The translations under genes and the position numbers were made by a program. 64,000 bases of DNA from Gemmatimonadota bacterium (GTDB lineage Bacteria > Gemmatimonadota > Gemmatimonadetes > Longimicrobiales > RSA9): the NCBI GenBank assembly GCA_040905425.1, contig JBBDRO010000032.1, forward strand, positions 63,726 to 127,725, in the 5' to 3' direction. Below are positions 16,969 to 27,160 of this stretch, piece by piece; the first letter of the stretch is position 1; the number at the start of each line of letters is the position of its first letter. Below the pieces are notes generated by a model that saw only the letters and a program-made list of their open reading frames with translations, made no database searches and was not told where the DNA came from.

Positions 16969-17922
16969 TCAGAAGACGAAGCGCAGGGGGTCGGCGGTGA
17001 CTTCCGCGATGAGGGAGTCGAGCTGCGCGCGCGCGCCGTGGAGCGCCTTCACCAGCGCGGAGTCCGTACGCATGCGCCCCAGGATTCCGCCCTCCACCGA
17101 GAGCCCCGCCTCGAGCACCGCCAGGCGTTCGGCCAGTGTGTCGGCGCGCACGGCCATCCGGTCCGTGACCGGCCGGGCGCGCGCGCGCAGCGAGTCCAGG
17201 CGTGCCCCGAAGGCCGCCAGCTCCGGCCCGAGCGCCGCGGCGTGCGCGCGCGCCCCCGCCACGGACGCTTCGAATGCCGCGGAGCGCAGCGTGCCGAAGG
17301 CGGGCCTCTCGGTCAGGGTGGCTCGCAGCTCGCTCAACTCGCGCCCCGCCCGCCCGGCCCCCTCCGCCACCCGCCCGTAGCGCTGCATTGCGGCGCCGGC
17401 GCGCGGGCCCACCACCGCCACCTCGGCGAGCAGCGTGTCAATGCGCGCTCGCAGTGTGGCGGCCTGCGCCATGAGTTGCTCGCGGGTGGGAAGGGGAGCG
17501 CCGCCGAGCGTGTCACCCGCGGGCAGTACCGGCAGCTCCGCGCTGCCGGGCCGGATGTCCACCACGGGCTCACCCATGATTCCCGCCGTAGTTACGCGCA
17601 CGTGCGCGTCCACCCGCAGTTGGTCCCGCAGGCGATCGGGTATGGCCAGCGCCATGATCACCTGCGGCGTGGTGCCGGGCCCCGCACGCACGGGCAGGAA
17701 TCTCACGCTGCGCACCTGGCCCACCTCCCGCCCGGCGATCCAGACGGGCGCTCCCGCCACGATCCTGACGGCGTCCGGCACGACGGCCAGCACCCGCGTT
17801 TCGGAGCTGAACAGAGCCAGCAGGTCCTCCAGCGCGTAGATGAGCACCGCCATACCCAGCAGCGCCAGCATGATGCCCACGCCCGCAGCACTCCGCCCTC
17901 TCTGGCCACCCGGAATCCTCAT
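16969..17922 (-). CDS. MCE/MlaD family protein
   Basis: N-terminal TM; GAPVWIAGREVGQVRSV; GIMGEPVVDIRPG; helical tail ending ADPLRFVF. Confidence 0.85.
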   Translation of the reverse strand: MRIPGGQRGRSAAGVGIMLALLGMAVLIYALEDLLALFSSETRVLAVVPDAVRIVAGAPVWIAGREVGQVRSVRFLPVRAGPGTTPQVIMALAIPDRLRDQLRVDAHVRVTTAGIMGEPVVDIRPGSAELPVLPAGDTLGGAPLPTREQLMAQAATLRARIDTLLAEVAVVGPRAGAAMQRYGRVAEGAGRAGRELSELRATLTERPAFGTLRSAAFEASVAGARAHAAALGPELAAFGARLDSLRARARPVTDRMAVRADTLAERLAVLEAGLSVEGGILGRMRTDSALVKALHGARAQLDSLIAEVTADPLRFVF

Positions 17923-17936
17923 GCTACCTTTCGCCG

Positions 17937-18761
17937 ATGCTCTGCCTGGGTCACATAGAATATAGCAACTGCTTCCCGGTCCACGCCGCGCTGCTGGACC
18001 GCGGCCCTCCGCCCGGGGTGACACTGCACCCGGACATCCCCGGCAACCTGAACCGGGCGCTGGCCGCGGGCGCCGTGGACGTGGCCCCGTGCTCCAGCAT
18101 CGAGCTGGCCCGCCACGCGCCCCGCTATCGCGTCCTCCCCGGCCTGGTGATCGGCTCGGACGGGCCGGTCCGGAGCATCCGCTTCGAGAGCACGCTGGCG
18201 CTCGAGGATCTGGGCGGCGCCACGGTGGCCGTGCCCACCGCGTCGGCCACGTCCGTAGTGCTGCTGCGCATCCTCCTCCAGACCCGCCATGGCGTGGAGG
18301 CGCGCTTGCGCTGGTTCGACCAGGCCAGGGAGCGGGACCCCGTGGGCGCCGGCGCCGACGCTACGCTGTGGATCGGCGACCGGGCGCTCACACGGCACAT
18401 TCCCGCACGCCGGCGCGTCTACGACCTCGGGGCGGAGTGGACCGCGTGGACGGGTCTGCCCTTTGCCTTCGCGGTCTGGCAGACGCCGCTCGGACCCGAA
18501 CACGACCAGGAGCTGGCCGGCCTGCACGAGCTTCTGCTGGCCTCCCGGGCGTACTTCTACGAGCACGCGGCAGCGCTGGCCGAGCGCCACGCCCCCGCCT
18601 TCGGTTTGCCCGCCGATACGCTGCTCACTTACTGGCTCTCCCTCCGCTACGAGCTGGACGGGCGCATGCGCCTGGGCCTGCTGGAGTTCTTCCGCCGGGC
18701 CGCCGAGCTAGGCCTGGCGCCGCCGCTCGAGCGCTTGCCCATGGTGCCCGAGCGAGCCTGA
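17937..18761 (+). CDS. mqnA: Chorismate dehydratase (futalosine menaquinone pathway)
   Basis: IEYSNCFP, IGSDGPVRSI, SATSVVLL, LWIGDRAL, YDLGAEW..WTGLPFAFAVW. Confidence 0.9.
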   Translation: MLCLGHIEYSNCFPVHAALLDRGPPPGVTLHPDIPGNLNRALAAGAVDVAPCSSIELARHAPRYRVLPGLVIGSDGPVRSIRFESTLALEDLGGATVAVPTASATSVVLLRILLQTRHGVEARLRWFDQARERDPVGAGADATLWIGDRALTRHIPARRRVYDLGAEWTAWTGLPFAFAVWQTPLGPEHDQELAGLHELLLASRAYFYEHAAALAERHAPAFGLPADTLLTYWLSLRYELDGRMRLGLLEFFRRAAELGLAPPLERLPMVPERA

Positions 18762-18881
18762 GAGCCGGGCGAGTTGCAAACCACGGGCCGGGCGCCGTGG
18801 AGGCAGAGAGCGCACCGGCCTCCCGGCGCACCGTCCACCCCGCGAGTGGACAGTTGCGCGAAGGCTAGCCTATCTTCACGA

Positions 18882-19664
18882 ATGTCGATTGTCTGGACCA
18901 CGCCCGTCGCGCGGATCGGCCGCGCCACCCTGGATACCGCCGCCGGCTTCGGCCGTTTCGGCGGGTTCATGGTAGCGGTCGGCCGCGCCGGGGCGGACCT
19001 CCGCACCTGGGGGGTCATGCTCGCGCGCCACATGGCGCAACTCGGCGTGGACTCCCTCCCCATTGCGCTCTTCATTGCCGCGTTCACGGGCGTGGTTCTG
19101 GCGCTGCAGGCCTCTTATACTTTCACGGGGGCCATTCCGCTCTACTTCGTGGGCGTGCTGGTGGGCAAGACCATGATCCTGGAGCTGGGTCCGGTGCTCA
19201 CCGGTCTGGCGCTGGCCGGACGGGTGGGCGCCAACATCGCGGCCGAGCTGGGCACCATGCGCGTCACCGAGCAGATCGATGCCCTGGAGACGCTGGGCTA
19301 CGACCCCATGTCCTACCTGGTGGTCCCGCGGGTGCTGGCCGGCATCATCATGTTCCCGGTGGTGGTAGCGCTGGCGAACGTGATGGGCATTGCGGCGGGC
19401 TGGATCACGGCCATCAATCTCCTGGATCTGTCTACGCCCGAGTTCACGCGGGGACTGCGCCTGTTCTTCGTGCCGTTCGACGTCACCTTCTCACTCATCA
19501 AGGCGGCGTCCTTCGGTGCGGTGGTGACCGCCATCGGCTGCTTCTACGGCTTCCACACGTCGGGCGGTGCCGCCGCGGTGGGCCGGTCCACCACCCAGGC
19601 GGTGGTGGTGAGCAGCATGCTGATCCTGGTGCTGGACGCCTTCTGGGCCGTGGTGCTGCTGTGA
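18882..19664 (+). CDS. mlaE: MlaE family ABC permease
   Basis: ELGPVLTGL, AAELGTMRVTEQIDALE, GAAAVGRSTTQAVV. Confidence 0.92.
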   Translation: MSIVWTTPVARIGRATLDTAAGFGRFGGFMVAVGRAGADLRTWGVMLARHMAQLGVDSLPIALFIAAFTGVVLALQASYTFTGAIPLYFVGVLVGKTMILELGPVLTGLALAGRVGANIAAELGTMRVTEQIDALETLGYDPMSYLVVPRVLAGIIMFPVVVALANVMGIAAGWITAINLLDLSTPEFTRGLRLFFVPFDVTFSLIKAASFGAVVTAIGCFYGFHTSGGAAAVGRSTTQAVVVSSMLILVLDAFWAVVLL

Positions 19665-20407
19665 GCATCGAGATGCGCGACGTGAGCAAGGGGTTCGGCG
19701 AGCGCCTCATCCTGGACGGTATCAGCCTGGAGGTGCGGGAGGGTGAGACGCTGGCCGTCATCGGCGCTTCCGGGGTGGGCAAGAGCGTACTGCTGAAGTG
19801 CATCGTGCGCCTGCTGGAGGTGGACGCGGGCTCGGTCCATGTGGACGGGCAGGACGTAGCGCTCCTCGAACGGGACGAACTCTACGACCTGCGGCGGCGC
19901 GTGGGGTACGTGTTCCAGTTCGCGGCGCTCTTCGATTCGATGAGCGTGTTCGACAACGTGGCCATGGGGCTGCGGCGCATCGGTACCCCGCGCGACGAAA
20001 CGGTGGAACGGGTGCGGGACGCCCTTCGCCTGGTGGAGATGGAAGGCTATGAGGACAGGTTGCCGGCAGAACTCTCCGGCGGGCAGCGCAAGCGCATCGG
20101 CATGGCGCGGGCCATCACCACCCGGCCCAAGTACCTGCTCTATGACGAGCCCACCACGGGCCTGGATCCCGTGACCACCGCCGTCATCGACGAGTTGGTG
20201 CTGCGCATGGCGGGGGAGCTGGGCGTCACCGGACTGGTGGTGACCCACGACATGAAGAGCGCCTACCGTGTGGCCGATCAGGTGGCCATGCTGCACGGGG
20301 GACGGATTCGCTTCCAGGGCACCCCCGAGGAGATTCAGCGTGTGGAGGACCCCGTGGTACGTGGTTTCGTGGAAGGGCGCCCCGACCTGGCGCGGGAGGT
20401 AGCATGA
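19661..20407 (+). CDS. mlaF: MlaF family ABC ATPase
   Basis: GASGVGKS, FQFAALFDSMSV, LSGGQRKR, YDEPTTGLDP, VTHD. Confidence 0.92.
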   Translation: MSIEMRDVSKGFGERLILDGISLEVREGETLAVIGASGVGKSVLLKCIVRLLEVDAGSVHVDGQDVALLERDELYDLRRRVGYVFQFAALFDSMSVFDNVAMGLRRIGTPRDETVERVRDALRLVEMEGYEDRLPAELSGGQRKRIGMARAITTRPKYLLYDEPTTGLDPVTTAVIDELVLRMAGELGVTGLVVTHDMKSAYRVADQVAMLHGGRIRFQGTPEEIQRVEDPVVRGFVEGRPDLAREVA

Positions 20408-21393
20408 CCAGAGGCAGCGAGGTCAAAGTGGGCCTGGCGGTCATCGCGGCCCTCGCGGTGATCGTGGTGGGCACGTTCTGGCTCAAGGGCACGCGCTTCG
20501 GGGTGGAGGAGATCAGCGTGCAGGCGCGGTTCCGGGAGGCCGGCCAGATCCTGGTGGGTAACACGGTGAAGCTGCGCGGCGTGCCCATCGGCCGGGTGGA
20601 GGAGGTGGCGCTGGAGCCGGGCGGCCAGGCCGTAGTGGCCACGCTACGTATCGGTGCCGAGGTGCCGCTGCCTGATGACCCAGTGGTGATTCTCTCCCCG
20701 GAATCCATGTTCGGAGACTGGCAGGCGGAGATCTTCCCGCGCACCACCTTTCCGCGCTACGACTACCTGGAGGCGCCCGACCCGCAGGTGCTGCCCGGCT
20801 ACGCCCTGCCCGACATCTCGCGCCTGACCGCCGTGGCTGACGAGATCGCACAGAACCTGCGGGTGCTCACCGACCGGGTGTCCGAGGCGTTCACCGAAGA
20901 GACGGCGAACAACATCGTGGAGATGATTGCCAACATCCAGGAAGTGAGCAATCAGCTGACGGGCCTGGTAGCCAGCCAGCAGCAATCGCTGGATGCCGTG
21001 GCCGCGGATCTGCAGAACACCACCCAGGCGCTGGGTGAGACGGCCGTCACCATCCGCAGGGCCTTTGCACAGGTGGACACCGCGATCGGGGAGGGCAGGC
21101 TGGCGCGCATCGTGAACAACGTGGAACGCACCACGGCGCAGTCCGATTCGCTGACCGCCGCACTGCTCGTGGCCGCCCGCGAGCTCCAGGAGACGGCGGA
21201 CGTGGCGGATCACGCCTTCCGCTCGGTGGACGCCATTGCCACCGCGCTCGAGGAAGGGCGCGGCACGCTCGGCCGCCTGCTGAATGACACCACGCTCTAC
21301 GCCGGGATCGTGGACACCAACGCCGTGCTCCAGGCCCTGCTCGTGGACTTCCAGCGCAACCCGCGGAAGTACATCAATCTGACCGTCTTCTGA
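20404..21393 (+). CDS. mlaD: MlaD/MCE protein
   Basis: EVKVG TM anchor; GNTVKLRGVPIGRVEEV; GTLGRLLND; ends NPRKYINLTVF. Confidence 0.9.
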   Translation: MTRGSEVKVGLAVIAALAVIVVGTFWLKGTRFGVEEISVQARFREAGQILVGNTVKLRGVPIGRVEEVALEPGGQAVVATLRIGAEVPLPDDPVVILSPESMFGDWQAEIFPRTTFPRYDYLEAPDPQVLPGYALPDISRLTAVADEIAQNLRVLTDRVSEAFTEETANNIVEMIANIQEVSNQLTGLVASQQQSLDAVAADLQNTTQALGETAVTIRRAFAQVDTAIGEGRLARIVNNVERTTAQSDSLTAALLVAARELQETADVADHAFRSVDAIATALEEGRGTLGRLLNDTTLYAGIVDTNAVLQALLVDFQRNPRKYINLTVF

Positions 21394-22631
21394 TGGCTCT
21401 GCTGGTACAGAAATTCGGCGGCACCTCGGTGGGCACGCCGGAGCGCGTGCGGGCGGTAGCCGCACGCATAGCCCGGGACCGCCAGGCGGGGCATGACGTG
21501 GTGGTGGTGGTGTCGGCGATGGGGGACACGACGGACGAGCTGCTGGAACTGGCCGACCAGGTGAGCCCGGAGGCCACGCGCCGCCATACGCGGGAACTGG
21601 ACATGCTGCTCACCGCTGGTGAGCGCATCTCCATGGCCCTGGTGGCCATGGCGCTCCGTGACCTGGACGTGGAGGCCATCAGCTTCACCGGCTCCCAGGC
21701 CGCCATCATCACCGACGGCCACCATACGGTGGCCCGCATCGAGGAGGTGCGCGCCACACGGGTGCAGGAGGAGTTGGCGCGGGGCGCCGTGGTGATTGTG
21801 GCGGGCTTCCAGGGTGTGAGCCGCGGGCGTGAGGTCACCACGCTCGGCCGCGGCGGCTCGGATACCACGGCGGTGGCGCTGGCCGCGGCGCTCGGCGCCG
21901 AGCGGTGCGATATTTTCACCGACGTGGATGGCGTGTACACCGCCGACCCGCGGCGCGTCCCGGAGGCGCGGCGAATCGACGTCGTGGGCTACGGCGAGAT
22001 GACCGAACTGGCCAGCGCCGGGGCTCAGGTCATGCACCCCCGGGCGGTCGAGATGGGCGCCCGCTTCAAGGTGCCGATCCGGGTACGCTCCTGCTTCGGG
22101 GAGCATGACGACGAGGGCACTCTGATCACCGAACGGCGCGAGACAATGGAAGGCCTTGTACTGACGGGACTGGCGTGCGACGGCGGTTACGCGCGGCTGA
22201 TACTGCGCGGCCTGCCAGCGGAAACGAGCGCGGTCTCCCGCCTGCTGAGTGCCCTGGCGGATCGGGGGATCAGCGTGGACATGCTCGGGCAGGCGGACCG
22301 CCATGACGGGCGGAGGCAGCTGCAGCTCACCGTGCGCGAGGACCGATTGGACGATGCGCGGGAGGTCTGCTCCGCCATGCTGGAGGGGTTGGGTGGGGAG
22401 TATGTAGACGCCCAGACGGGACTCAGCCGGGTGGCGCTCGTGGGCAGCGGCATGACGGAAATGCCCGGAGTCTATGCCCGGGCGTTCGCGGCGCTGGTGA
22501 AGGAGGGCATTGAAGTGCACGCCATCAGCACGTCATCCATTTCCATTGCCCTGATGGTGAACACGTCACATGCGGAGCGGAGTTTGCAGGTTCTGCACGC
22601 GGACTTCGAGTTGGCTGAAAGGGATGGATGA
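21393..22631 (+). CDS. lysC: Aspartate kinase
   Basis: VQKFGGTSV, VSAMGDTTD, TTLGRGGSDTTA, DVDGVYTADP; two ACT domains. Confidence 0.96.
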   Translation: MALLVQKFGGTSVGTPERVRAVAARIARDRQAGHDVVVVVSAMGDTTDELLELADQVSPEATRRHTRELDMLLTAGERISMALVAMALRDLDVEAISFTGSQAAIITDGHHTVARIEEVRATRVQEELARGAVVIVAGFQGVSRGREVTTLGRGGSDTTAVALAAALGAERCDIFTDVDGVYTADPRRVPEARRIDVVGYGEMTELASAGAQVMHPRAVEMGARFKVPIRVRSCFGEHDDEGTLITERRETMEGLVLTGLACDGGYARLILRGLPAETSAVSRLLSALADRGISVDMLGQADRHDGRRQLQLTVREDRLDDAREVCSAMLEGLGGEYVDAQTGLSRVALVGSGMTEMPGVYARAFAALVKEGIEVHAISTSSISIALMVNTSHAERSLQVLHADFELAERDG

Positions 22632-23629
22632 GAGTAGCCGTGCTGGGCGCCACCGGCGCCGTTGGTCGCACCATGTTACGCGTGCTGGAGGAGCGGGCGC
22701 TCCCGGTGGAGGAGCTCGTGCCGCTGGCATCGGAGCGATCCGCGGGGACGTCATTGGTATGGCGCGAGCGGGAGTGGGCGGTGCAGAGCCCGCGCCCCGG
22801 CGTGTTCGCGGAGTGTGACCTGGCGCTGTTCTCGGCCGGGGCCGCCCTGTCCCGGGAATGGGCTCCGCGCGCGGCCGCGGAAGGCGCGGTGGTGGTGGAC
22901 AATTCATCCGCCTGGCGCATGGACGACCAGGTGCCTCTGGTGGTGCCCGAGGTCAACGGAGCTGCGGTCCACGAGCGGCCCAAGGGGATCGTGGCCAATC
23001 CCAACTGCTCCACCATCCAGATGGTGGTGGTGCTGGAAGCCATCCGGCGAGCCGCGGGGTTGGCCCGCGTTCTCACCACCACTTTCCAGTCGGTCTCGGG
23101 CGCCGGGCAGAAGGGCGTGGAGGCGCTTCGCGCCGAGCTGGCCGGAGGCGAGGCGGCGGCCTCGCCGTTCGTGGCGCCCATCGCCGGCAACGTGATCCCG
23201 TTCATCGGACCGCGCGGGGCGAACGGGTGGAACGAGGAGGAGGAGAAGATGCGCGCGGAAACGCGGAAGATACTGGCCGCTCCCGCCCTGGCGGTGAGCG
23301 CAACGTGTGCCCGCGTGCCCGTGGAGATCGGCCACGCCCTGGCGCTCATGGTGGAGACGCGGCGGCCGTTGGATGTGGAGGCGGCGCGGGAGGCGCTGTC
23401 CGCCATGCCGGGCGTGATGGTCCATGGTGACGACAACGACCCCCACCCGCTGGCCGTGGCCGGCAGCGATGAGGTCCACGTAGGGCACGTGCGCGTGGAT
23501 CCCGATCGCCCGGACGTACTTCACCTCTGGGTGGTGGCGGACAATCTGCGCAAAGGCGCCGCCACGAACGCGGTGCAGATCGCCGAATTGCTCGGACAGC
23601 CGGCCCGTGCCCGGGGGACCGGTGTCTGA
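22628..23629 (+). CDS. asd: Aspartate-semialdehyde dehydrogenase
   Basis: GATGAVG, VDNSSAWRM, PLVVPEVN, ANPNCST, DNLRKGAATNAVQI. Confidence 0.97.
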   Translation: MRVAVLGATGAVGRTMLRVLEERALPVEELVPLASERSAGTSLVWREREWAVQSPRPGVFAECDLALFSAGAALSREWAPRAAAEGAVVVDNSSAWRMDDQVPLVVPEVNGAAVHERPKGIVANPNCSTIQMVVVLEAIRRAAGLARVLTTTFQSVSGAGQKGVEALRAELAGGEAAASPFVAPIAGNVIPFIGPRGANGWNEEEEKMRAETRKILAAPALAVSATCARVPVEIGHALALMVETRRPLDVEAAREALSAMPGVMVHGDDNDPHPLAVAGSDEVHVGHVRVDPDRPDVLHLWVVADNLRKGAATNAVQIAELLGQPARARGTGV

Positions 23630-24563
23630 GGACGATCGGCAGGAGGCCGCCGATGGCGGTTCGTCGCGCCGTAAGCGGCGGCGCAAGCGGCGGCGCCGCC
23701 CCGCCCGTGGAGCGGAACGGGAGGGCAATGGGGCGAGTCATGGCGGGCAGACGCCCGCGGCAGGGAAGACCCCGTCGGAGGATGACGGCGGTGAGGGCGA
23801 AAGCCGTCCCCGTAAGGGCGGCTCGCGGCGGCGCAGGGGCGGCTCCGGCGGTTCGAAGACCCCGCCTTCCAAGGGGCAGCCGCAAACGTCGCAGTCCAGT
23901 GCCCGGTCCCGGGATGGGCGCGGTCCGGCGCGGAGTGGTGGCGGCGGGTCGCACAAGCGCAAGGGTGGCCCGCGCGGCCGCGGCGGTGCCGCCGGCCAGC
24001 AGCGCGGGCAGGCCGACAGAACGGGCGGCAACCGCGGCCGTGAGGGCCACGCGCGTGATTCCGCGTCGCCGGCGCAGGGGGGCGGGCAGCCGCCGCCGCC
24101 GCCCGGGCCACCCCCCGGCAACCGCGGCCGCCGGCGTTCGCGGGTGGAGACCAGCGCCGGCGGCGTGGTCTACCGGATGGGGGAGGACGGGGCGCCACGC
24201 TTCCTCCTGATCCGCGATCCCTACGACAACTGGGGGCTGCCGAAGGGTCATCTGGAGGGCCGTGAAACGCCGCGCGAAGCAGCCGTGCGCGAGGTGTGTG
24301 AGGAGACCGGCCTGGCGGACCTGCGCCTGGTGGGGGACCTGCCCACCATCGACTGGTATTTCCGGGACGGCGCCGTGCTGGTGCACAAGTACTGCCACTT
24401 CTTCCTGCTGGAATCCGCCGCGGGCGATGCCGCCCCCCAGCTCGACGAGGGGATCACGGCGTGTGTCTGGCACCCCTTCACCGAGACGCTCGCGGTGGTG
24501 TCCTATGCCAATGCCCGTTCCGTCATCGAGGCGGCGGGCAAGCAGCTCGGCCTGGAGGGCTGA
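23622..24563 (+). CDS. Nudix hydrolase with long Arg/Gly-rich disordered N-terminus
   Basis: SAGGVV, WGLPKGHLEGRETPREAAVREVCEETGL Nudix box; GTG start overlapping the asd stop; start position uncertain. Confidence 0.85.
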   Translation: MSEDDRQEAADGGSSRRKRRRKRRRRPARGAEREGNGASHGGQTPAAGKTPSEDDGGEGESRPRKGGSRRRRGGSGGSKTPPSKGQPQTSQSSARSRDGRGPARSGGGGSHKRKGGPRGRGGAAGQQRGQADRTGGNRGREGHARDSASPAQGGGQPPPPPGPPPGNRGRRRSRVETSAGGVVYRMGEDGAPRFLLIRDPYDNWGLPKGHLEGRETPREAAVREVCEETGLADLRLVGDLPTIDWYFRDGAVLVHKYCHFFLLESAAGDAAPQLDEGITACVWHPFTETLAVVSYANARSVIEAAGKQLGLEG

Positions 24564-24626
24564 CCCGAGTACTGGCGGGCGGCCGCCCTCCGTGGCCGCA
24601 CGCGAACCCCTGACAGGAACAACGCG

Positions 24627-25886
24627 ATGGCGCGTACCGAGGTGAGCACGGAGTGGCGGCTGGTCTACGCCGGTGTGGTACTGGTGGTGGCGGCGCTCCT
24701 CCTGTGGAGCGTGCAGTCGGTCCTCTCCCCCGTACCGCTCTATCTGCTGCTCCTGCTCCTGCTGGTACCCTACACCGGCACCGACCGGCACGTGCTGCTG
24801 GTCTCCGGCGCGAGCCTGCTGATTCTGGTGTGGATGCTCGTGGCTCTGGGCGGCCTGCTCGCGCCCTTCATCCTGGCCTTCGTAGTAGCCTACATCCTGG
24901 ACCCGGCGGTGGACCGCCTCGAGCGCCGCGGGGTGCCCCGGGGCGTGGGCGTGGCGCTGTTCGGCCTGCCGGTGCTGGCGCTGCTCGTGCTGGCGGTGAT
25001 CTTCGGCGTTCCGGCGCTGCTGGCGCAGCTCGATGCCTTCCTCTCCCGGGTCCCGGAGGGCGTGGCCCGCTTCAGCGCCTGGGCGGAGGGGCTGGACGAG
25101 CGGGCCGCGGGTTCGCGGCTGCCCGGACCGCTGGCCGCGGCCGTTCAGGAACTGGCGGGGCGACTCACGCCGGAGGCGGCGGCCCGCTTCATCCAGGAGC
25201 GCCAGGAGGTGATCGGCCGCATTGCGCTGGACGGCTTGCTCGGCGTGGGCCGCGGGGTGGGCATCGTGCTCTCCATCATCGGCTACCTGGTCCTCACCCC
25301 GGTTCTGATCGTCTATCTGCTGCGCGACTTCGACGGCGTCACCGCGCACGCCAAGACGCTCATACCGGCTCCGCGGCAGGCGTCCTGGCTGCGCTTCCTG
25401 GGCGAATACGACGGTCTGCTCTCCCGTTACCTGCGGGGACAGGTCGTGGCCGCCACCATCGTGGGCGTGCTCACCTGGCTGGGGCTCTGGGCGGCCGGGT
25501 TCCCCTACCCGGCGGTGGTCGGCGCCGTGGCCGGGGTCTTCAACCTGGTGCCCTACCTGGGGCTGGTGGTAAGCGCCATACCGGCCCTGATCATCGCCGC
25601 GCTCTCGGGCGCTTTCCTGACCAACCTGGTGAAGGCCGCGGTGGTCTTCGGCGTGGTCCAGCTCATTGACGGAACGGTGACCGGCCCCCGCATCGTGGGC
25701 GGTTCGGTGGGGCTGCACCCGGTCTGGGTGTTGCTGGCGCTGGCGGTGGGCAGCTTCTTCTTCGGCTTCGTGGGTTTGCTCATTGCCATGCCGGCCGCGG
25801 TGCTCATCAAACTGCTGGTGCGGAATGGCCTCGCGCGCTGGCGGCAGTCCGCGGTGTACCGCGGTGAGGAAGGGGCGGCCCCCTGA
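24627..25886 (+). CDS. AI-2E family transporter
   Basis: PFILAFVVAYILDP, YLRGQ, FNLVPYLG, PRIVGGSVGLHP, GFVGLLIAMP. Confidence 0.92.
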   Translation: MARTEVSTEWRLVYAGVVLVVAALLLWSVQSVLSPVPLYLLLLLLLVPYTGTDRHVLLVSGASLLILVWMLVALGGLLAPFILAFVVAYILDPAVDRLERRGVPRGVGVALFGLPVLALLVLAVIFGVPALLAQLDAFLSRVPEGVARFSAWAEGLDERAAGSRLPGPLAAAVQELAGRLTPEAAARFIQERQEVIGRIALDGLLGVGRGVGIVLSIIGYLVLTPVLIVYLLRDFDGVTAHAKTLIPAPRQASWLRFLGEYDGLLSRYLRGQVVAATIVGVLTWLGLWAAGFPYPAVVGAVAGVFNLVPYLGLVVSAIPALIIAALSGAFLTNLVKAAVVFGVVQLIDGTVTGPRIVGGSVGLHPVWVLLALAVGSFFFGFVGLLIAMPAAVLIKLLVRNGLARWRQSAVYRGEEGAAP

Positions 25887-26043
25887 GGCTGTTTTCAAGC
25901 GACGATGCCCGGATACCGCCGGCGTCGAGACGCACCCGCGCGGCCGTTTTCTTGCGCTCCCCGGCAGCGTCCGCTAGCGTGCGCCCCGCTCGTTCGTCGT
26001 GGCCGGCGCGCCGCGGCGGACCCTCTCCGGCAACGCGATCGGC

Positions 26044-27081
26044 ATGACTGCAGAATACAGGGACCTGACCATCATCGGCGGCGGGCCGACCGGCCTCTTT
26101 GCCGCGTTCTACGCGGGCATGCGCGGGATCACCTGCCGCATCATCGACTCGCTCCCCGAGCTGGGCGGCCAGCTCACGGCGCTCTATCCGGAGAAGTACG
26201 TCTACGACGTGGGTGGCTTCCCGCGCATCCTGGCGCGCGACCTGGCCCGCGACCTGATCGAGCAGGGCCTGCAGTTCGAGCCCGACGTACGCCTGGAGGA
26301 GCAGGTGCTGGAGCTGGACCGGGAGGGCGACGGCTGGATGGTGGGCACGGACGGCGGCCGCTACCCCGGCCGCTGCGTGCTCATTGCCGGCGGCAAGGGC
26401 GCGTTCAGCCCCCGCGCCCTGGAGTGCCCGGGCTATGACGACCTGCTCGGCAAGGGCGTGGCCTACCACGTGAAGGACCCCGTGCACTACGCGGGCAAGC
26501 GTCTGCTCATCGTGGGCGGGGGCGACTCCGCCGTGGACTGGGTGCTGAACCTGCGTGGCCAGGCCGAGCGCCTGGTGCTCATCCATCGGCGAGAGGGTTT
26601 CCGGGCCCATGCGGCTTCGATGCGCCAGCTGCACGAGGGTGTGGAGAGCGGCGAGATCGAGTTGCTCACGCACCGGGAAGTGCGCACTATTCACGGGGAG
26701 AGGTGCGTCACGGGCGCCACCATCTACGACAATCGCACCGATGAGGACGAGTATCTGGAGGTGGACGCGGTGCTCTCCCTCATCGGTTTTCGCCCGGATC
26801 TGGGTCCCATCGGGAGCTGGGGTCTGGAACTGGAGCGCAACAGCATTCGCGTGAACCACCTGCTGGAAACGAACCTGCAGGGGGTCTACGCGGCCGGGGA
26901 TATTGCCACCTACGAGGGCAAGCTGGAACTCATTGTCACCGGCTTCAGCGAGGCGGCCATGGCGGTGAACCACGCCGTGCACGCCATCGATCCCGGGGCG
27001 CGCTACAATCCCGGCCACTCCACGAACCTGAAGGTGTTCAAACAGCGCGAGGCCGAGGAGCAGGCGGAGGCGCAGTCATGA
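26044..27081 (+). CDS. Ferredoxin--NADP reductase (TrxR-like, YumC type)
   Basis: IGGGPTG, LGGQLTALYPEKYVYDVGGFP, GGGDSAVDW, PGHST; no CxxC. Confidence 0.9.
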   Translation: MTAEYRDLTIIGGGPTGLFAAFYAGMRGITCRIIDSLPELGGQLTALYPEKYVYDVGGFPRILARDLARDLIEQGLQFEPDVRLEEQVLELDREGDGWMVGTDGGRYPGRCVLIAGGKGAFSPRALECPGYDDLLGKGVAYHVKDPVHYAGKRLLIVGGGDSAVDWVLNLRGQAERLVLIHRREGFRAHAASMRQLHEGVESGEIELLTHREVRTIHGERCVTGATIYDNRTDEDEYLEVDAVLSLIGFRPDLGPIGSWGLELERNSIRVNHLLETNLQGVYAAGDIATYEGKLELIVTGFSEAAMAVNHAVHAIDPGARYNPGHSTNLKVFKQREAEEQAEAQS

Positions 27082-27090
27082 CGAAGCGCC

Positions 27091-27106
27091 TGGCACATTT
27101 CATGTA
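27091..27106 (+). promoter_or_regulatory. sigma54-like promoter (non-canonical -12)
   Basis: TGGCACATTTCATGTA upstream of the response regulator; GT instead of GC at -12. Confidence 0.4.
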
Positions 27107-27160
27107 TCACTCGGACCGTTCCTGTCCCGGTCGGATGTCCATTCCCGCACACCGCTGGCC

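Noticed and set aside
23346..25898. 850-aa minus-strand ORF and many other long antisense or alternate-frame ORFs (e.g. 32705..34198, 39062..40447)
   Set aside because: Shadow ORFs expected at ~70% GC opposite well-supported genes; no recognisable motifs
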